From Patescibacteria group bacterium (lineage in GTDB: Bacteria; Patescibacteriota; Patescibacteriia; Buchananbacterales; SURF-54), in contig JAHIRB010000018.1 of assembly GCA_018818885.1 (NCBI GenBank), forward strand, positions 5,041 through 69,040: 64,000 nt of DNA, read 5' to 3'. Position 1 is the stretch's first letter. Each line of letters starts with the position of its first letter. A program made the translations under genes and the position numbers. Shown here in pieces: positions 34,597 through 44,581 of this stretch. A model generated the notes under the pieces. It was not told the origin of the DNA. It did no database searches and worked only from the letters and a program-made list of their open reading frames with translations.

Positions 34597-34616
34597 CCCA
34601 AAGGAAGGGGTTTTTT
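34597..34616. terminator. hairpin CCCC-AAAGGAA-GGGG with a T-run, downstream of pilT
   Basis: A/T runs on both sides, so it may act bidirectionally. Confidence 0.4.
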
Positions 34617-34636
34617 GGTATCAGATATGATTTTTT

Positions 34637-35671
34637 CTATTTTGTAGGAACAGAAAGATTAAATTCTAAAGTTTCTTTATCAATTAGATTTTCTTTTTGC
34701 AGTCTTGTTAAATCTTGATCCATGGTAAACATTCCTTCGTCTGCACTGGTCTGTACTACAGTTTTTATTTGAGCAATTTTGTTTTCTCTAATTAGATTAG
34801 AAATCGCAGGAGTATTAACTAAAATTTCTCTGGTGGCTATTCTTCCCCCGCCCTGCTTAGGGATAAGTCTTTGTGAAATAATTCCTTTTAGAGTCATAGA
34901 AAGCTGTAGCCTAATTTGTGCTTGTTGGTGCGAAGGAAATATATCAATAATACGATCAACAGTCTGAGCTGAGTTATGTGTATGTAATGTAGCAAACACT
35001 AGATGTCCTGTTTCAGCTAAAGTAATGGTAGTAGCAATGGTTTCTAAATCTCTCATTTCTCCAACCATAATGACATTTGGGTCTTGTCGCAACACATGTA
35101 TCAAAGCATTATTGAAATTGACCATATCTGTATGCAGTTGTCTTTGTTTGATAATACTTTTGTTTGATTTGAAGATAAATTCAATTGGGTCTTCTAGCGT
35201 TACAATATGTTCGGAACGTTCATTATTAATATGGTTAATTATTGAAGCTAAAGTAGTTGATTTACCGCAACCCGTAGGTCCAGTAACTAAAATTAATCCT
35301 TGATTCAAACTAATTAAATCAAAAACAATTTGCGGCATTTGCAATTCTTCCATTGTTGGAATTTTGGTGGGAATAATTCTTGCCACTAGTCCAATATTTC
35401 CTTTTTCTTGATGAACATTAACTCTAAAACGAGCAGTTTCTCCAATTTCATACGAAAGATCTAGTTCCTTTGTCTCGTCAAAAATTGTTTTTTGTCGTTC
35501 TGACATTAAGCCATAAATCATGCTTTCAGCCGTTTTGTCGTTTACTACTGGTTCATCAGTTTGTGGAGTTAGTTTACCGTCGATTCTAAAAACTGGTGAC
35601 ATTCCAACAATCAAATGAATATCAGAAGCGTTTTTTTCAGCTGCTTTTTTAAAAAGTGTATCAATAGACAT
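34637..35671 (-). CDS. pilT: type IV pilus retraction ATPase PilT
   Basis: Walker A GPTGCGKSTT, Asp box and His box. 344 aa. Confidence 0.85.
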   Translation of the reverse strand: MSIDTLFKKAAEKNASDIHLIVGMSPVFRIDGKLTPQTDEPVVNDKTAESMIYGLMSERQKTIFDETKELDLSYEIGETARFRVNVHQEKGNIGLVARIIPTKIPTMEELQMPQIVFDLISLNQGLILVTGPTGCGKSTTLASIINHINNERSEHIVTLEDPIEFIFKSNKSIIKQRQLHTDMVNFNNALIHVLRQDPNVIMVGEMRDLETIATTITLAETGHLVFATLHTHNSAQTVDRIIDIFPSHQQAQIRLQLSMTLKGIISQRLIPKQGGGRIATREILVNTPAISNLIRENKIAQIKTVVQTSADEGMFTMDQDLTRLQKENLIDKETLEFNLSVPTK

Positions 35672-35752
35672 AGTTTTGTAGTTAATGAAGTTATAAAGTT
35701 AATGAAGTATTTTTTAAACTACATTAACTTCATCTCTCCATCACCCTATACT

Positions 35753-36445
35753 CTACTTCCAGCCTTTTTTCTTTAAAGCATTTGCTGCGGCATCAATTTG
35801 CCCCTCTTGCTTAGAAGATCCAATGCCAGTAGCAATTTTTTCTGCTTCTAGAAACACCGCCATTTTAAACTTTTTGTTATGGTCTGGACCTGTTTCTTCA
35901 ATCACTTTATAGTTTGGTGTAATGCCAACTTTCTCTTGGGCAATTTCTTGGAACTTACTTTTTGGATCAATATATAGTTGATTTTTTAAAATGTAATCAA
36001 GTTGGGAAATTAGATTCTTCTCTAGAAATTTTTTTGTTTTGATAAAACCCAGGTCTAAATACATAGCACCAATTAAAGCCTCAAAAGCATTAGCCAAAAT
36101 AAATTGGCGAGCTTTGGTATTTTTATCTTTAGATTCCCCCTTACTTAGTAGTATGTGGTCATCAAGTTCAAATTGTTTACCTAGCGTGGCAAGCATTTTA
36201 CTATTTACTAAGCTGGCGCGCCAATTGGTAAGCTCTCCTTCTGGATTTGGATAGTTTTGATATAAGTATTCAGTAACTGCCAACTCTAATGCAGCATCAC
36301 CTAAAAACTCTAGACGTTCATTGTGGTCTATACCAAAATTAGGATGTTCATTCAGATATGAACGATGAACCAATGCTTGTTGCAATATTTTTGAATCTTT
36401 AAATTTTACCCCGAGTTTTTTTTGAAGTTGAGTTAAATCTTTCAT
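35753..36445 (-). CDS. rnc: ribonuclease III
   Basis: ERLEFLGDAALE RNase III signature and a C-terminal dsRBD. Confidence 0.9.
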   Translation of the reverse strand: MKDLTQLQKKLGVKFKDSKILQQALVHRSYLNEHPNFGIDHNERLEFLGDAALELAVTEYLYQNYPNPEGELTNWRASLVNSKMLATLGKQFELDDHILLSKGESKDKNTKARQFILANAFEALIGAMYLDLGFIKTKKFLEKNLISQLDYILKNQLYIDPKSKFQEIAQEKVGITPNYKVIEETGPDHNKKFKMAVFLEAEKIATGIGSSKQEGQIDAAANALKKKGWK

Positions 36446-36525
36446 TATTATTAACTCCTTTGAAGTTATCAGTAGAGAAATACCCTACATCTTAAGAGTG
36501 TATCACTCTGCTGATAGCTAATTTA

Positions 36526-36990
36526 TTATTTAGCATCTTTTTTACTTTCTGGTTTATCTTTTGATTCTTCTTTTTCGTCTACCTTATCTTTATATATGCT
36601 TCCCAGCACCCCGTTTACAAATTTTCCAGAAGAATCTCCACCAAAAGCTTTGGCTAGTTCAATGGATTCGTTGATAGCAACTTTAGCTGGGATGTCTTGA
36701 TCATAAAGCATTTCGTAAATTCCCATCCTTAGTGCATTTCTATCAACTATCGTAATTTGTTCAATAGGCCATTCTGGGGCGTACTCAATAATATACTTAT
36801 CAATTTGATTTAAGTATTTTAGGAGGCCTACAATAAGCTCATCAATAAAACCCTTGTCGTCGAATTCTGGAGCAAATTCAGAAAGATTTCTTTTTACCAT
36901 AGAAGGCAATTGGCCTTCTGGTTTTTCGTTGAAGTCCCACTGGTAGAGTGATTGTAAAACTATGGTGCGTGCTAAGTGTCTATTAGACAT
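36526..36990 (-). CDS. nusB: transcription antitermination factor NusB
   Basis: [15 protein letters not shown]-terminus and NusB length. K/E/D-rich tail. Confidence 0.85.
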   Translation of the reverse strand: MSNRHLARTIVLQSLYQWDFNEKPEGQLPSMVKRNLSEFAPEFDDKGFIDELIVGLLKYLNQIDKYIIEYAPEWPIEQITIVDRNALRMGIYEMLYDQDIPAKVAINESIELAKAFGGDSSGKFVNGVLGSIYKDKVDEKEESKDKPESKKDAK

Positions 36991-37011
36991 AAAGGTACAA
37001 AAAAGATCAAG

Positions 37012-37227
37012 TTATTTTTTTTCTGATTTTTTAGATTTAGATTTCTTTTCATCCTTAAATTTAATAACATCCCGGCCATTGTATACTCCGCAATTAGGGC
37101 AGGCATGGTGTGGTCGGATTGGTTTATCACATTTAGGACATTTAACTAATTTAACTTTTTTTAGGGCAAGATGCGATCTTCGGCGTTTTCCCGCAGACGC
37201 TGGTCTTTTCTTGGCTGGTACAGACAT
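37012..37227 (-). CDS. rpmF: 50S ribosomal protein L32 with a Lys-rich C-terminal extension
   Basis: AVPKKRTS-like start (SVPAKKRPAS), KCPKCDKPIRPHHACPNCGVY zinc ribbon. Confidence 0.85.
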   Translation of the reverse strand: MSVPAKKRPASAGKRRRSHLALKKVKLVKCPKCDKPIRPHHACPNCGVYNGRDVIKFKDEKKSKSKKSEKK

Positions 37228-37293
37228 AGGTTAAAATTTCTAATTACTAATTAATAATTTCTAATAGGTAAAGTATAGGATATTTTTTTGAGT

Positions 37294-37322
37294 TTGACAA
37301 GTATGACATTTTTTAATAAGGT
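37294..37322 (+). promoter_or_regulatory. promoter-like TTGACA-17-TAAGGT upstream of the three-gene small-ORF operon
   Basis: Identical hexamers and spacing recur at 52699-52727. Confidence 0.4.
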
Positions 37323-37349
37323 ATTAGCACAAATGAAAGGGGGTCGCAC

Positions 37350-37568
37350 ATGCCTACATATATAGCATTTGAGATAATACAAGAAGGAGGTATGGCAGCA
37401 GAAATAATCGATAAAGCAGATAGTATAATGGAAGCGGTTCAAAGAACCAAAGTAGTTCGGCTTTATGCAGTCAAACTGTTGGGTGATTGTCCTGGACATG
37501 ATTTTATGCCAGCACAAAGTGATTGTGGAATCACAGAATTTTGTCAGATTTGCGCAGAGATCAGATAA
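37350..37568 (+). CDS. small Cys/His protein with one copy of a CPxH...CxICxE domain
   Basis: 72 aa. AAAGGGGGT SD 5 nt upstream. VKLLGDCPGHDF...EFCQICAEI. Confidence 0.5.
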   Translation: MPTYIAFEIIQEGGMAAEIIDKADSIMEAVQRTKVVRLYAVKLLGDCPGHDFMPAQSDCGITEFCQICAEIR

Positions 37569-37587
37569 TTAGAACAGGGGGGTATTG

Positions 37588-37953
37588 ATGAATGGCAAAA
37601 ATCTTGAACTTCAAAACCAGAATGAGAACATAAAACATGCGGGTTGGTGGGGCATAGCCTCATGTCTTATTTTCTCAGCAGCATTGTTGTATTATATTTT
37701 TGCTCTTATATTTAATATACTCTCGGTTTTTGAAGCAAGAGAGGAAGGGCAATATTATACAGCTTATGCTATTTTGTTTGCCATCTTCTTTTTACTCGGT
37801 TGGGTAATCAGTATGATTGGCACAGTTGTTGGATTCTATGGATTGTGTCAGAGTCACAGGAAAAAAATGTTTGCCGTTATTAGTACAATTCTCAACTCGT
37901 TGATTTTTTGGGGAACTATCGTACTATTTTATTGGGCGTCGAAGTTCAACTAA
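37588..37953 (+). CDS. small 4-TM membrane protein, middle gene of the operon
   Basis: GGGGGG SD. About 121 aa with four hydrophobic helices. Confidence 0.45.
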   Translation: MNGKNLELQNQNENIKHAGWWGIASCLIFSAALLYYIFALIFNILSVFEAREEGQYYTAYAILFAIFFLLGWVISMIGTVVGFYGLCQSHRKKMFAVISTILNSLIFWGTIVLFYWASKFN

Positions 37954-37970
37954 ACAAGGAGGAGATTTAG

Positions 37971-38387
37971 ATGCCAGAATTTAGTGTTCATGTAGTGTTG
38001 AGCGCAAGTACATTTAAGAATGCATTAAAAATGGCCATTCGTGACGGTTGTCCTGGCGCTCCCGAAGTCGTGATAATTGGAGGATGCCCAGATCACAAAA
38101 TCGAACCTCCAGAACCATCTGCACCATATTCCTTAGAGTTGTCTTTTTGCCGGATATGCGGCGAAAGAAGCATGAGTGATAATCCAATGCACGTATATCA
38201 AGCAGAACGAGAAGACAACGTGCGTAGTATCGGCGCACACTCTTTCAGAGATGCTGTGGAAACAGCGAAAGTCGCATTGGGAGGATCTGTTGAGGTAAAA
38301 CTCGTAGGAAAATGCCCCAAGCATAAGTTCGTACACTTGGATGCTCCGATTAACGAGGTTTGCGAAATTTGCGGGCACATGCAGTAG
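37971..38387 (+). CDS. small Cys/His protein with two tandem CPxH...CxICxE domains
   Basis: 138 aa. AAGGAGGAG SD 6 nt upstream. IIGGCPDHKI...FCRICGE and LVGKCPKHKF...VCEICGH repeat the domain of ORF 37350. Confidence 0.5.
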   Translation: MPEFSVHVVLSASTFKNALKMAIRDGCPGAPEVVIIGGCPDHKIEPPEPSAPYSLELSFCRICGERSMSDNPMHVYQAEREDNVRSIGAHSFRDAVETAKVALGGSVEVKLVGKCPKHKFVHLDAPINEVCEICGHMQ

Positions 38388-38419
38388 GTCACAAGCGACC
38401 AACTAAAAACCCCAGGTCA

Positions 38420-38459
38420 ATCAACGTTTTGGCCTGGGGTGTTGTTTTTGACCTCCCCC
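38420..38459 (+). terminator. intrinsic terminator CCCCAGG...CCTGGGG plus TGTTGTTTTT
   Basis: 7-bp GC stem and a T-rich tail ending the three-gene operon. Confidence 0.5.
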
Positions 38460-38608
38460 TGTCCTCCCCCTCGAAGAGGGGGAGGGACTCGTTTAAGTAT
38501 GTAATGTGTAAAAATAATGTCTGACTACTACAAACTTACAAACATCCTTAACCGAGTTCCCCCTCCTTTATAAGGAGGGGGACAGGGGGAGGTCAAAATA
38601 CAAAAAGC
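38456..38608. mobile_element. MITE-like element with perfect 17-bp terminal inverted repeats (TTTTGACCTCCCCCTGT / ACAGGGGGAGGTCAAAA)
   Basis: Each terminal repeat abuts an internal C8/G8 hairpin (CCTCCCCC-TCGAAGA-GGGGGAGG and CCCCCTCC-TTTATAA-GGAGGGGG). About 70 bp of AT-rich core. No ORF. Confidence 0.35.
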
Positions 38609-38618
38609 AAGGCTTCTA

Positions 38619-38640
38619 AGCCTCGGCTTTTGTATGTCAT
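38619..38640. terminator. hairpin AAGGCTTCTAAGCCTCGGCTTTT, terminator for gyrA on the minus strand
   Basis: On the minus strand the stem is followed by TTTTTGTATTTT. Confidence 0.45.
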
Positions 38641-38677
38641 TAATAACAGTCTGAAGACTGTTATTCCGTTAATAATT

Positions 38678-41293
38678 TTATATAAAGGTGACTGTTGCTA
38701 CAGAATCACCACCTTCTTTAAATCTCATCAACCTGACACCTTGAGTTGCTCTACCTATCACGTTAACTGTTTTAAGTGGCAATCTAATAACTTGCCCTTT
38801 TTTAGAAATAATAATTGCGTCTTCATCTACTGCTTTAGAATTTACTACACTAAAGTATACAATCTTTCCTGTCTTTGGGGTAATTTTCGCAGTTTTGATT
38901 CCAGAACCACCTCTACCTTGGGTTTTAAACGAACCTAGTACACTTCGTTTACCAAAACCATTTTCCATCACCACTAAAACTTGTCCAACTTTTGTCAAAA
39001 CTGAATCAATAATATCCATGCCTACAACATCGTCACCTGCTTTTAGTCGAATTCCTCTAACGCCACCAGCTCCTCTACCCATAGATCTAACACTTGATTC
39101 TTTGAATTTAATTGCTTGGCCGTCTGCTGTTACAAGCATGATGTCGTCTTTTCCTGTTGAAGGTTTTACCCATTCGAGTTCATCTTTTTTACGTAAGCGT
39201 ATAGCAATTAAACCTGAACGTCTTACATTATCAAGATCAGAAATAACAACTTTTTTAGTGAATCCATTCTTGGTAACCATGACTAAGAATTTATAATCTG
39301 CTAATTCAGTCAATGGTAATATCGAAGTTACCTTTTCGTCGGAACTAAGTTGCAAGAAATTTACAATTGCTTGTCCCTTTGAGGTTCTAGAAGTTTGTGG
39401 AATGTCGTAAGCTTTAAGTTGGAATACACGTCCGGTGGTAGTAAAAAATAGTACATCTGAATGTGTCATAGTAGTAAAGAAGTGTTCTACGAAGTCTTCT
39501 TCCTTAGTAGTTAATCCAATAACACCTTTACCACCACGCGTTTGTGTTTTAAAAGTATCAGGAGGTAGACGCTTAATATAACCAGCTTGCGTCATGGTAA
39601 TGATTGTTTCTTCGTTTGGAATTAAATCTTCTTGTTTAAATTCTTTGACACTGCCAGCAACAATTTCTGTTCTACGTTTATCGCCAAACTTTTCTTTTAT
39701 TTCGGTTAATTCTTTTTTGATTACACCCAAAATTTTTGCAGGAGATTTAAGTAGTGCTTCTAATTCTTTTATCAAATCTTTCTTTTCTTTTAGTTCTTGT
39801 TCCACCTTTAGTCTTTCAAGTCCAGCTAGTTGTTGCAACTTCATTTCCAAAATTGCCACGGATTGTCGTTCGGATAATTTAAATTTCTTAATCAAATTAA
39901 TTTTGGCAACTTCCCTATCTTTTGATTTTTTGATTGTACTTATGATGGCATCAATTTTTATTAGCGCCATCCTCAATCCTTCTAGAATATGTGCTCTATC
40001 TTTTGCTTTGGCTAGGTCGTATTCTGCTCTACGTCTGACCACTTCCTGTCTATGTTTAATATATTCTTCTAATACCATTTTCAACGTCAAAACTCGAGGC
40101 TGAATACCATCAACAAGCGCTAACATGTTGACGTGAAAAGTTGTCTGAAGATCAGTTAGTTTAAAAAGTCGATTTAAAATCTTTTTAGGATAAGTATCTT
40201 TTTTTAGTTCAATGACTACTCGTACTCCATCTTTTGAAGATTCATCACGTAAATCTTTTATACCTTCGATTTTTTTGTCTTTGATTAATTCTGCCAATCT
40301 TTCTAAAACAGTTGCCTTGTTAACTTGATACGGAACTTCTGATACAAGTATTCTATGTGCTCCTTTGTGTTCTACAATTTCAGTTTTTGCACGCATTACA
40401 ATGCCACCTTTTCCTGTGGCGTATGCTTGTTTTATTTCTTTTGCATCGTAAATAATAGCACCAGTTGGAAAATCTGGGCCTTTAACATACTGCATTAAAT
40501 CGTCTACGTTAGCATCTTTGTTATCAATTAAATGTATGATTGCATCAACTAGTTCTGATAGGTTATGCGGTGGGATATTGGTTGCCATTCCAACTGCAAT
40601 GCCTAAAGTACCGTTTAAGAGCAAGTTGGGCAGTTTTGCTGGCATGACTAGTGGTTCTTTTATGGTACCGTCGTAATTTGGACTAAAGTTAACGGTATCT
40701 TTATCAATATCATTTAAAAGTTCATCTGCAATACTTTCAAGTTTTGCTTCTGTGTAACGCATAGCAGCAGCGCGGTCGCCATCCATAGAACCAAAATTAC
40801 CTTGGCCATTAACCAAGGGATAACGTAAGGAAAATTCTTGTGCCATCCTAACCATGGAATCGTAAACTGCAGTATCACCATGAGGATGGTATTTACCTAA
40901 AACTTCACCAACTACTGTAGCAGATTTTCTAAACTTCGCAGAAGATCTAAGACCAATAGTCCACATAGCATATAAAATACGTCTGTGAACTGGTTTTAAA
41001 CCGTCACGCACATCTGGTAAAGCGCGAGCAACAATAACAGACATAGCATAGTCGAGATAGCTTTCTTTTACCTCGTCCACAATGGGTCGTTTTTGCACTT
41101 TACCGACACCTGCTTGTTCTACAACTCCGTTTACAGTCAAAGCTTGTTCTAGTGGAGCTTCTTTTGGTTTTTCAGCCTTCTTGTTTTTAGGTTTAGCACT
41201 AGCTTGCTTTTTGGAAGCAGGCTTTTTGGTGGGCTGTTTTCCGCCAGAGGCGGATCGGCCTTTGGAGGATTTAGTTGTTTTATTCTTCGGCAT
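38678..41293 (-). CDS. gyrA: DNA gyrase subunit A with a roughly 60-aa Lys-rich N-terminal extension
   Basis: [33 protein letters not shown] GyrA N-terminal motif, preceded by [39 protein letters not shown]... 871 aa. Confidence 0.9.
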   Translation of the reverse strand: MPKNKTTKSSKGRSASGGKQPTKKPASKKQASAKPKNKKAEKPKEAPLEQALTVNGVVEQAGVGKVQKRPIVDEVKESYLDYAMSVIVARALPDVRDGLKPVHRRILYAMWTIGLRSSAKFRKSATVVGEVLGKYHPHGDTAVYDSMVRMAQEFSLRYPLVNGQGNFGSMDGDRAAAMRYTEAKLESIADELLNDIDKDTVNFSPNYDGTIKEPLVMPAKLPNLLLNGTLGIAVGMATNIPPHNLSELVDAIIHLIDNKDANVDDLMQYVKGPDFPTGAIIYDAKEIKQAYATGKGGIVMRAKTEIVEHKGAHRILVSEVPYQVNKATVLERLAELIKDKKIEGIKDLRDESSKDGVRVVIELKKDTYPKKILNRLFKLTDLQTTFHVNMLALVDGIQPRVLTLKMVLEEYIKHRQEVVRRRAEYDLAKAKDRAHILEGLRMALIKIDAIISTIKKSKDREVAKINLIKKFKLSERQSVAILEMKLQQLAGLERLKVEQELKEKKDLIKELEALLKSPAKILGVIKKELTEIKEKFGDKRRTEIVAGSVKEFKQEDLIPNEETIITMTQAGYIKRLPPDTFKTQTRGGKGVIGLTTKEEDFVEHFFTTMTHSDVLFFTTTGRVFQLKAYDIPQTSRTSKGQAIVNFLQLSSDEKVTSILPLTELADYKFLVMVTKNGFTKKVVISDLDNVRRSGLIAIRLRKKDELEWVKPSTGKDDIMLVTADGQAIKFKESSVRSMGRGAGGVRGIRLKAGDDVVGMDIIDSVLTKVGQVLVVMENGFGKRSVLGSFKTQGRGGSGIKTAKITPKTGKIVYFSVVNSKAVDEDAIIISKKGQVIRLPLKTVNVIGRATQGVRLMRFKEGGDSVATVTFI

Positions 41294-42041
41294 TATTTAA
41301 GTTAGTAAATTGTATTGTTGAAATAATATTATTTTGATTTTTGCATGCTTGCTGATTATTGCATCTAAAAATATAAGTGTTTTTATTGTTATCGATTAAT
41401 ATGCTACGCACTTTAATTTTATCTATATCACCTGTGAGTGCAGGAATTTCGTATTCAATTATGGTAAAATCGTTTTGTCCATATGTTACAGATGTCACCT
41501 CAGTGTTTTCATATTTTTTTAGAATATCTGCAATTTTAACACCTAGTGTGGTAGAAGAAATTTCCAATACAATTTCTACTGGGCAATTATCGTACATTGG
41601 AGTTTTCCCAAAACTCGTGATATTTTCGTTTTTTATAAATTCGTAATCAGGTGGGTATTTAAATGTGATTCTTTCATTTTCATCATTGTAAATTTGCCAG
41701 TCTGGATTATTTGCTAACGCTTTTTTTATTTTTTGAATTTGTTCTGGAGTTAGAAGTAGTTCGCTTTCTATACCCGCGAGGTTTTGTTCTTGATCTAATT
41801 CGGTTTTAATTTCTTCGAATTGCTGTTTTGCTTCGTTGAATACATCTCCTAGCTCATCAGCTACTTGTTGTAATTGGCTTGGTTGATTTTGGTCTTGTTT
41901 AGTTGATTTAGAAAAATTAAAAGCTAAACTTATCAACCAAATGATAATTATGATTGCGGTCAAAACCATTACAGAAATAAACAGGATCTGTTTTCTTACA
42001 GCCAAAGGAAGTTTTTCGATTTTTGATTGCTTCTTTGGCAT
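41280..42041 (-). CDS. hypothetical N-terminally anchored protein
   Basis: 253 aa with one TM helix and a Q/E-rich coiled region. Overlaps the gyrA start by 14 nt. Confidence 0.4.
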   Translation of the reverse strand: MPKKQSKIEKLPLAVRKQILFISVMVLTAIIIIIWLISLAFNFSKSTKQDQNQPSQLQQVADELGDVFNEAKQQFEEIKTELDQEQNLAGIESELLLTPEQIQKIKKALANNPDWQIYNDENERITFKYPPDYEFIKNENITSFGKTPMYDNCPVEIVLEISSTTLGVKIADILKKYENTEVTSVTYGQNDFTIIEYEIPALTGDIDKIKVRSILIDNNKNTYIFRCNNQQACKNQNNIISTIQFTNLNNAEE

Positions 42042-42159
42042 ACCTGGTAGTGAAAATTTAATAATTAATATTTATGTAATTATATAGTATTAAATTTTTT
42101 ATTCATCCCCGATAATAAAGAGAAACTGATTAAATTTCTACTACCGGGCATATGAATTT

Positions 42160-42810
42160 TTAGGTATTAGCCAAAACAAATACTTTCATTTCTTCTGTTG
42201 GTAAATCTTTTTTTGTAATTTTTAATTTTGGCATTTTATCTGTTGAACACACCCCAATTTCTTTACAGAATTTATCAATGGATTCTAAATTTACTTTTAA
42301 TCCCTTCACTTTATAATGCATAGGTATTACTATTCTTGGTTCAATTTGCGAAATTACTTGCGAAGCCTCCTTGGCATTAATGGTATATGTTCCCCCTACA
42401 GGAATCATCAAAATATCTACACTTTTTAATTTTTCAAGCTGGCCATTGGATAGATTATGTCCTAAATCACCAAGATGAACCAAACTCATACCCTCTGCTT
42501 CTATACGATAAATAGTGTTTGTTCCTCTATCTGTTCCTTCCTTTGTGTCGTGATACGAAGGTATGCCGTAAATAAAAACTCCTTTTGCTTCGTATTCGCC
42601 TGGACCAGATACAATAAATGGTTTTTCACCCTCAATTCCTCGAATTGCAGAGATATTATTATGATCTTTGTGGTCGTGTGTAACCAAAACTAAATTAGCA
42701 CCAAAGTGTGGTACTTTTAACCCAATACTATTATCATATGGATCAATAGCTAAGATTGTATTGTTGGTTTGAATCTTAAAACAAGCTTGACCCAACCATG
42801 TGATTTGCAT
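42160..42810 (-). CDS. MBL-fold metallo-hydrolase
   Basis: VTHDHKDH (HxHxDH) and a downstream His/Asp. 216 aa. Confidence 0.75.
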   Translation of the reverse strand: MQITWLGQACFKIQTNNTILAIDPYDNSIGLKVPHFGANLVLVTHDHKDHNNISAIRGIEGEKPFIVSGPGEYEAKGVFIYGIPSYHDTKEGTDRGTNTIYRIEAEGMSLVHLGDLGHNLSNGQLEKLKSVDILMIPVGGTYTINAKEASQVISQIEPRIVIPMHYKVKGLKVNLESIDKFCKEIGVCSTDKMPKLKITKKDLPTEEMKVFVLANT

Positions 42811-42811
42811 A

Positions 42812-42898
42812 GGTTACAAATTACGAATTAATACGAATATACGAATAGGCTTAAATTTCGCATTTGTATATTTGTATGTATTCGTAATTCGTACATTC
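42812..42898. repeat. palindromic intergenic repeat, copy C (AAATTACGAATTAATACGAATATACGAAT ... ATTTGTATATTTGTATGTATTCGTAATTCGTA)
   Basis: Same arms as copies A and B. Starts 2 bp upstream of the MBL-hydrolase start codon. Confidence 0.6.
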
Positions 42899-43198
42899 TA
42901 ACGAAAAATTCGGGCTATAAACCCACTACTATTTTAACATATTTTACTCTTTTTTTAAAGACCATTTGTGGGTATTTTGTGGTTAAATAATTGGCTAAAT
43001 TAAGATAAAATAATTAAGATATTTCAGACATTCAAACTAGTCTTTTGCAACTTTTCTTACTTGACATAAATATCATTATACTATAGTATAAAATGTACCT
43101 GTAAATTATAAATTTCATAAGCTAATTAATCCCGCAAAGTGGGAGCTTGGTTCACAGAATTGAATCGGGTTAAAGCAATTTTTTTTATTGCATTATTT

Positions 43199-44581
43199 AT
43201 GACTAAAACTACAGATACCAAGAGTAAAAAAACAATTGATGACTCACAAAAAAGCGAGTTTAAGAAGTTAATGGAAACTGGTGATTTTGTTAAATTGCCA
43301 AATGTTGGTGATTTAGTAAAAGGTAAATTAATTACAATTTCCAAGTCCGAAGCTCATGTTGATATTGACGGCCTAACAACAGGTATTGTACGAGGACGCG
43401 AATTTTTTGATGAAGCCTCAGAAGCCAAAGGATTAAAACCCGGTGATGTTGTAGAAGCAACTGTTTTAGAATTAGAAAATGAAAACGGAGAAATGGAACT
43501 TAGTTTTAGATATGCTGGACATCAAAAAGCTTGGGAAGAATTAAATAAATTTTTAGAATCTGGTGAAGTAGTCAAGGCCAAGATTATGGATGCCAATAAG
43601 GGTGGTCTAATGGTCAAGATAAATATGGTGCAAGGATTTTTACCTGTTTCTCAACTTTCAACAGAACACTACCCACGTGTGCCTGGTGGAGATAAGAATA
43701 AAATTTTAGAAAGATTAAAATCATACATTGGACAAAGTTTTAATGTTAAAATTATTACTGCACAAGACGAAGAAGACAAACTTATAGTATCTGAAAAATC
43801 TGTTTGGGATGAACAGCAAAAAGATATTATTGCTAAGTTTAAAGTTGGAGAAAAGGTTGAAACAAAAATTACCGCAGTTACAGATTTTGGAGTTTTTGTT
43901 GAATTTGGTGAAAAGTTAGAAGGCTTAGTTCATATTTCCGAACTTGCATGGCAAAGAATTGATGACCCTAGATTACATTTTAAAGTTGGAGAAAAGAAAA
44001 AAGCAGAAATTATTACTGTTGATGGATCTAAAATATTTCTTTCCTTTAGAAAATTAATTCAAGATCCTTGGCACGATGTAGATAAAAAATACAAAATAGG
44101 ACAAATTGTAAAAGGAAAAGTTATCAAAACAAATCCATTTGGAGTGTTTGTAGAACTTGATGCTGATATTCATGGCCTAGCTCACATATCCGAACTTGCA
44201 GATAAACCAATTGCTAATCCAGACGAAATTGCAAAACCAGGCGATATGTTAAATTTTAAAATCTTATCTATAGAACCAGTCAATCACAGACTAGGCCTAA
44301 GTCTAAAAGGTGCAAAAGCAAAGTCAAAAACATTATCTAAGCAAGAAGTAAAGTCAGGCGAGGAAGTTAAGCAAGATGGAGAAAAGCCGAAATTAGTCGA
44401 AAAGGTTGATGCAGTTAATACAGTTGATAAAGATCAGGAGCAAAAAAAAGTTTCTGAAAAGTCAGAAACAAAAAAAGAGAAGTTAGATTCCAAAAGTCCT
44501 TCGACAAGCTCAGGACAAGAGAAAAAATCAGATACCAAAAGTAAAAAAGCTGGCAACAGCAAGGATGATGGCAAGAAATAA
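43199..44581 (+). CDS. rpsA: 30S ribosomal protein S1
   Basis: Four or five S1 domains (GxV...G.VHISE) and a K/E-rich C-terminal tail. Start set at the internal Met (MTKTTD). Confidence 0.85.
   Translation: MTKTTDTKSKKTIDDSQKSEFKKLMETGDFVKLPNVGDLVKGKLITISKSEAHVDIDGLTTGIVRGREFFDEASEAKGLKPGDVVEATVLELENENGEMELSFRYAGHQKAWEELNKFLESGEVVKAKIMDANKGGLMVKINMVQGFLPVSQLSTEHYPRVPGGDKNKILERLKSYIGQSFNVKIITAQDEEDKLIVSEKSVWDEQQKDIIAKFKVGEKVETKITAVTDFGVFVEFGEKLEGLVHISELAWQRIDDPRLHFKVGEKKKAEIITVDGSKIFLSFRKLIQDPWHDVDKKYKIGQIVKGKVIKTNPFGVFVELDADIHGLAHISELADKPIANPDEIAKPGDMLNFKILSIEPVNHRLGLSLKGAKAKSKTLSKQEVKSGEEVKQDGEKPKLVEKVDAVNTVDKDQEQKKVSEKSETKKEKLDSKSPSTSSGQEKKSDTKSKKAGNSKDDGKK

Noticed and set aside
38014-41646. 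Short ORFs on either strand inside the small-ORF operon and gyrA (38014-38402 minus set, 38630-38938 plus, 38895-39296 plus, 39594-40103 plus, 41082-41300 plus, 41377-41646 plus)
   Set aside because: They overlap stronger gene models, with no independent signals.
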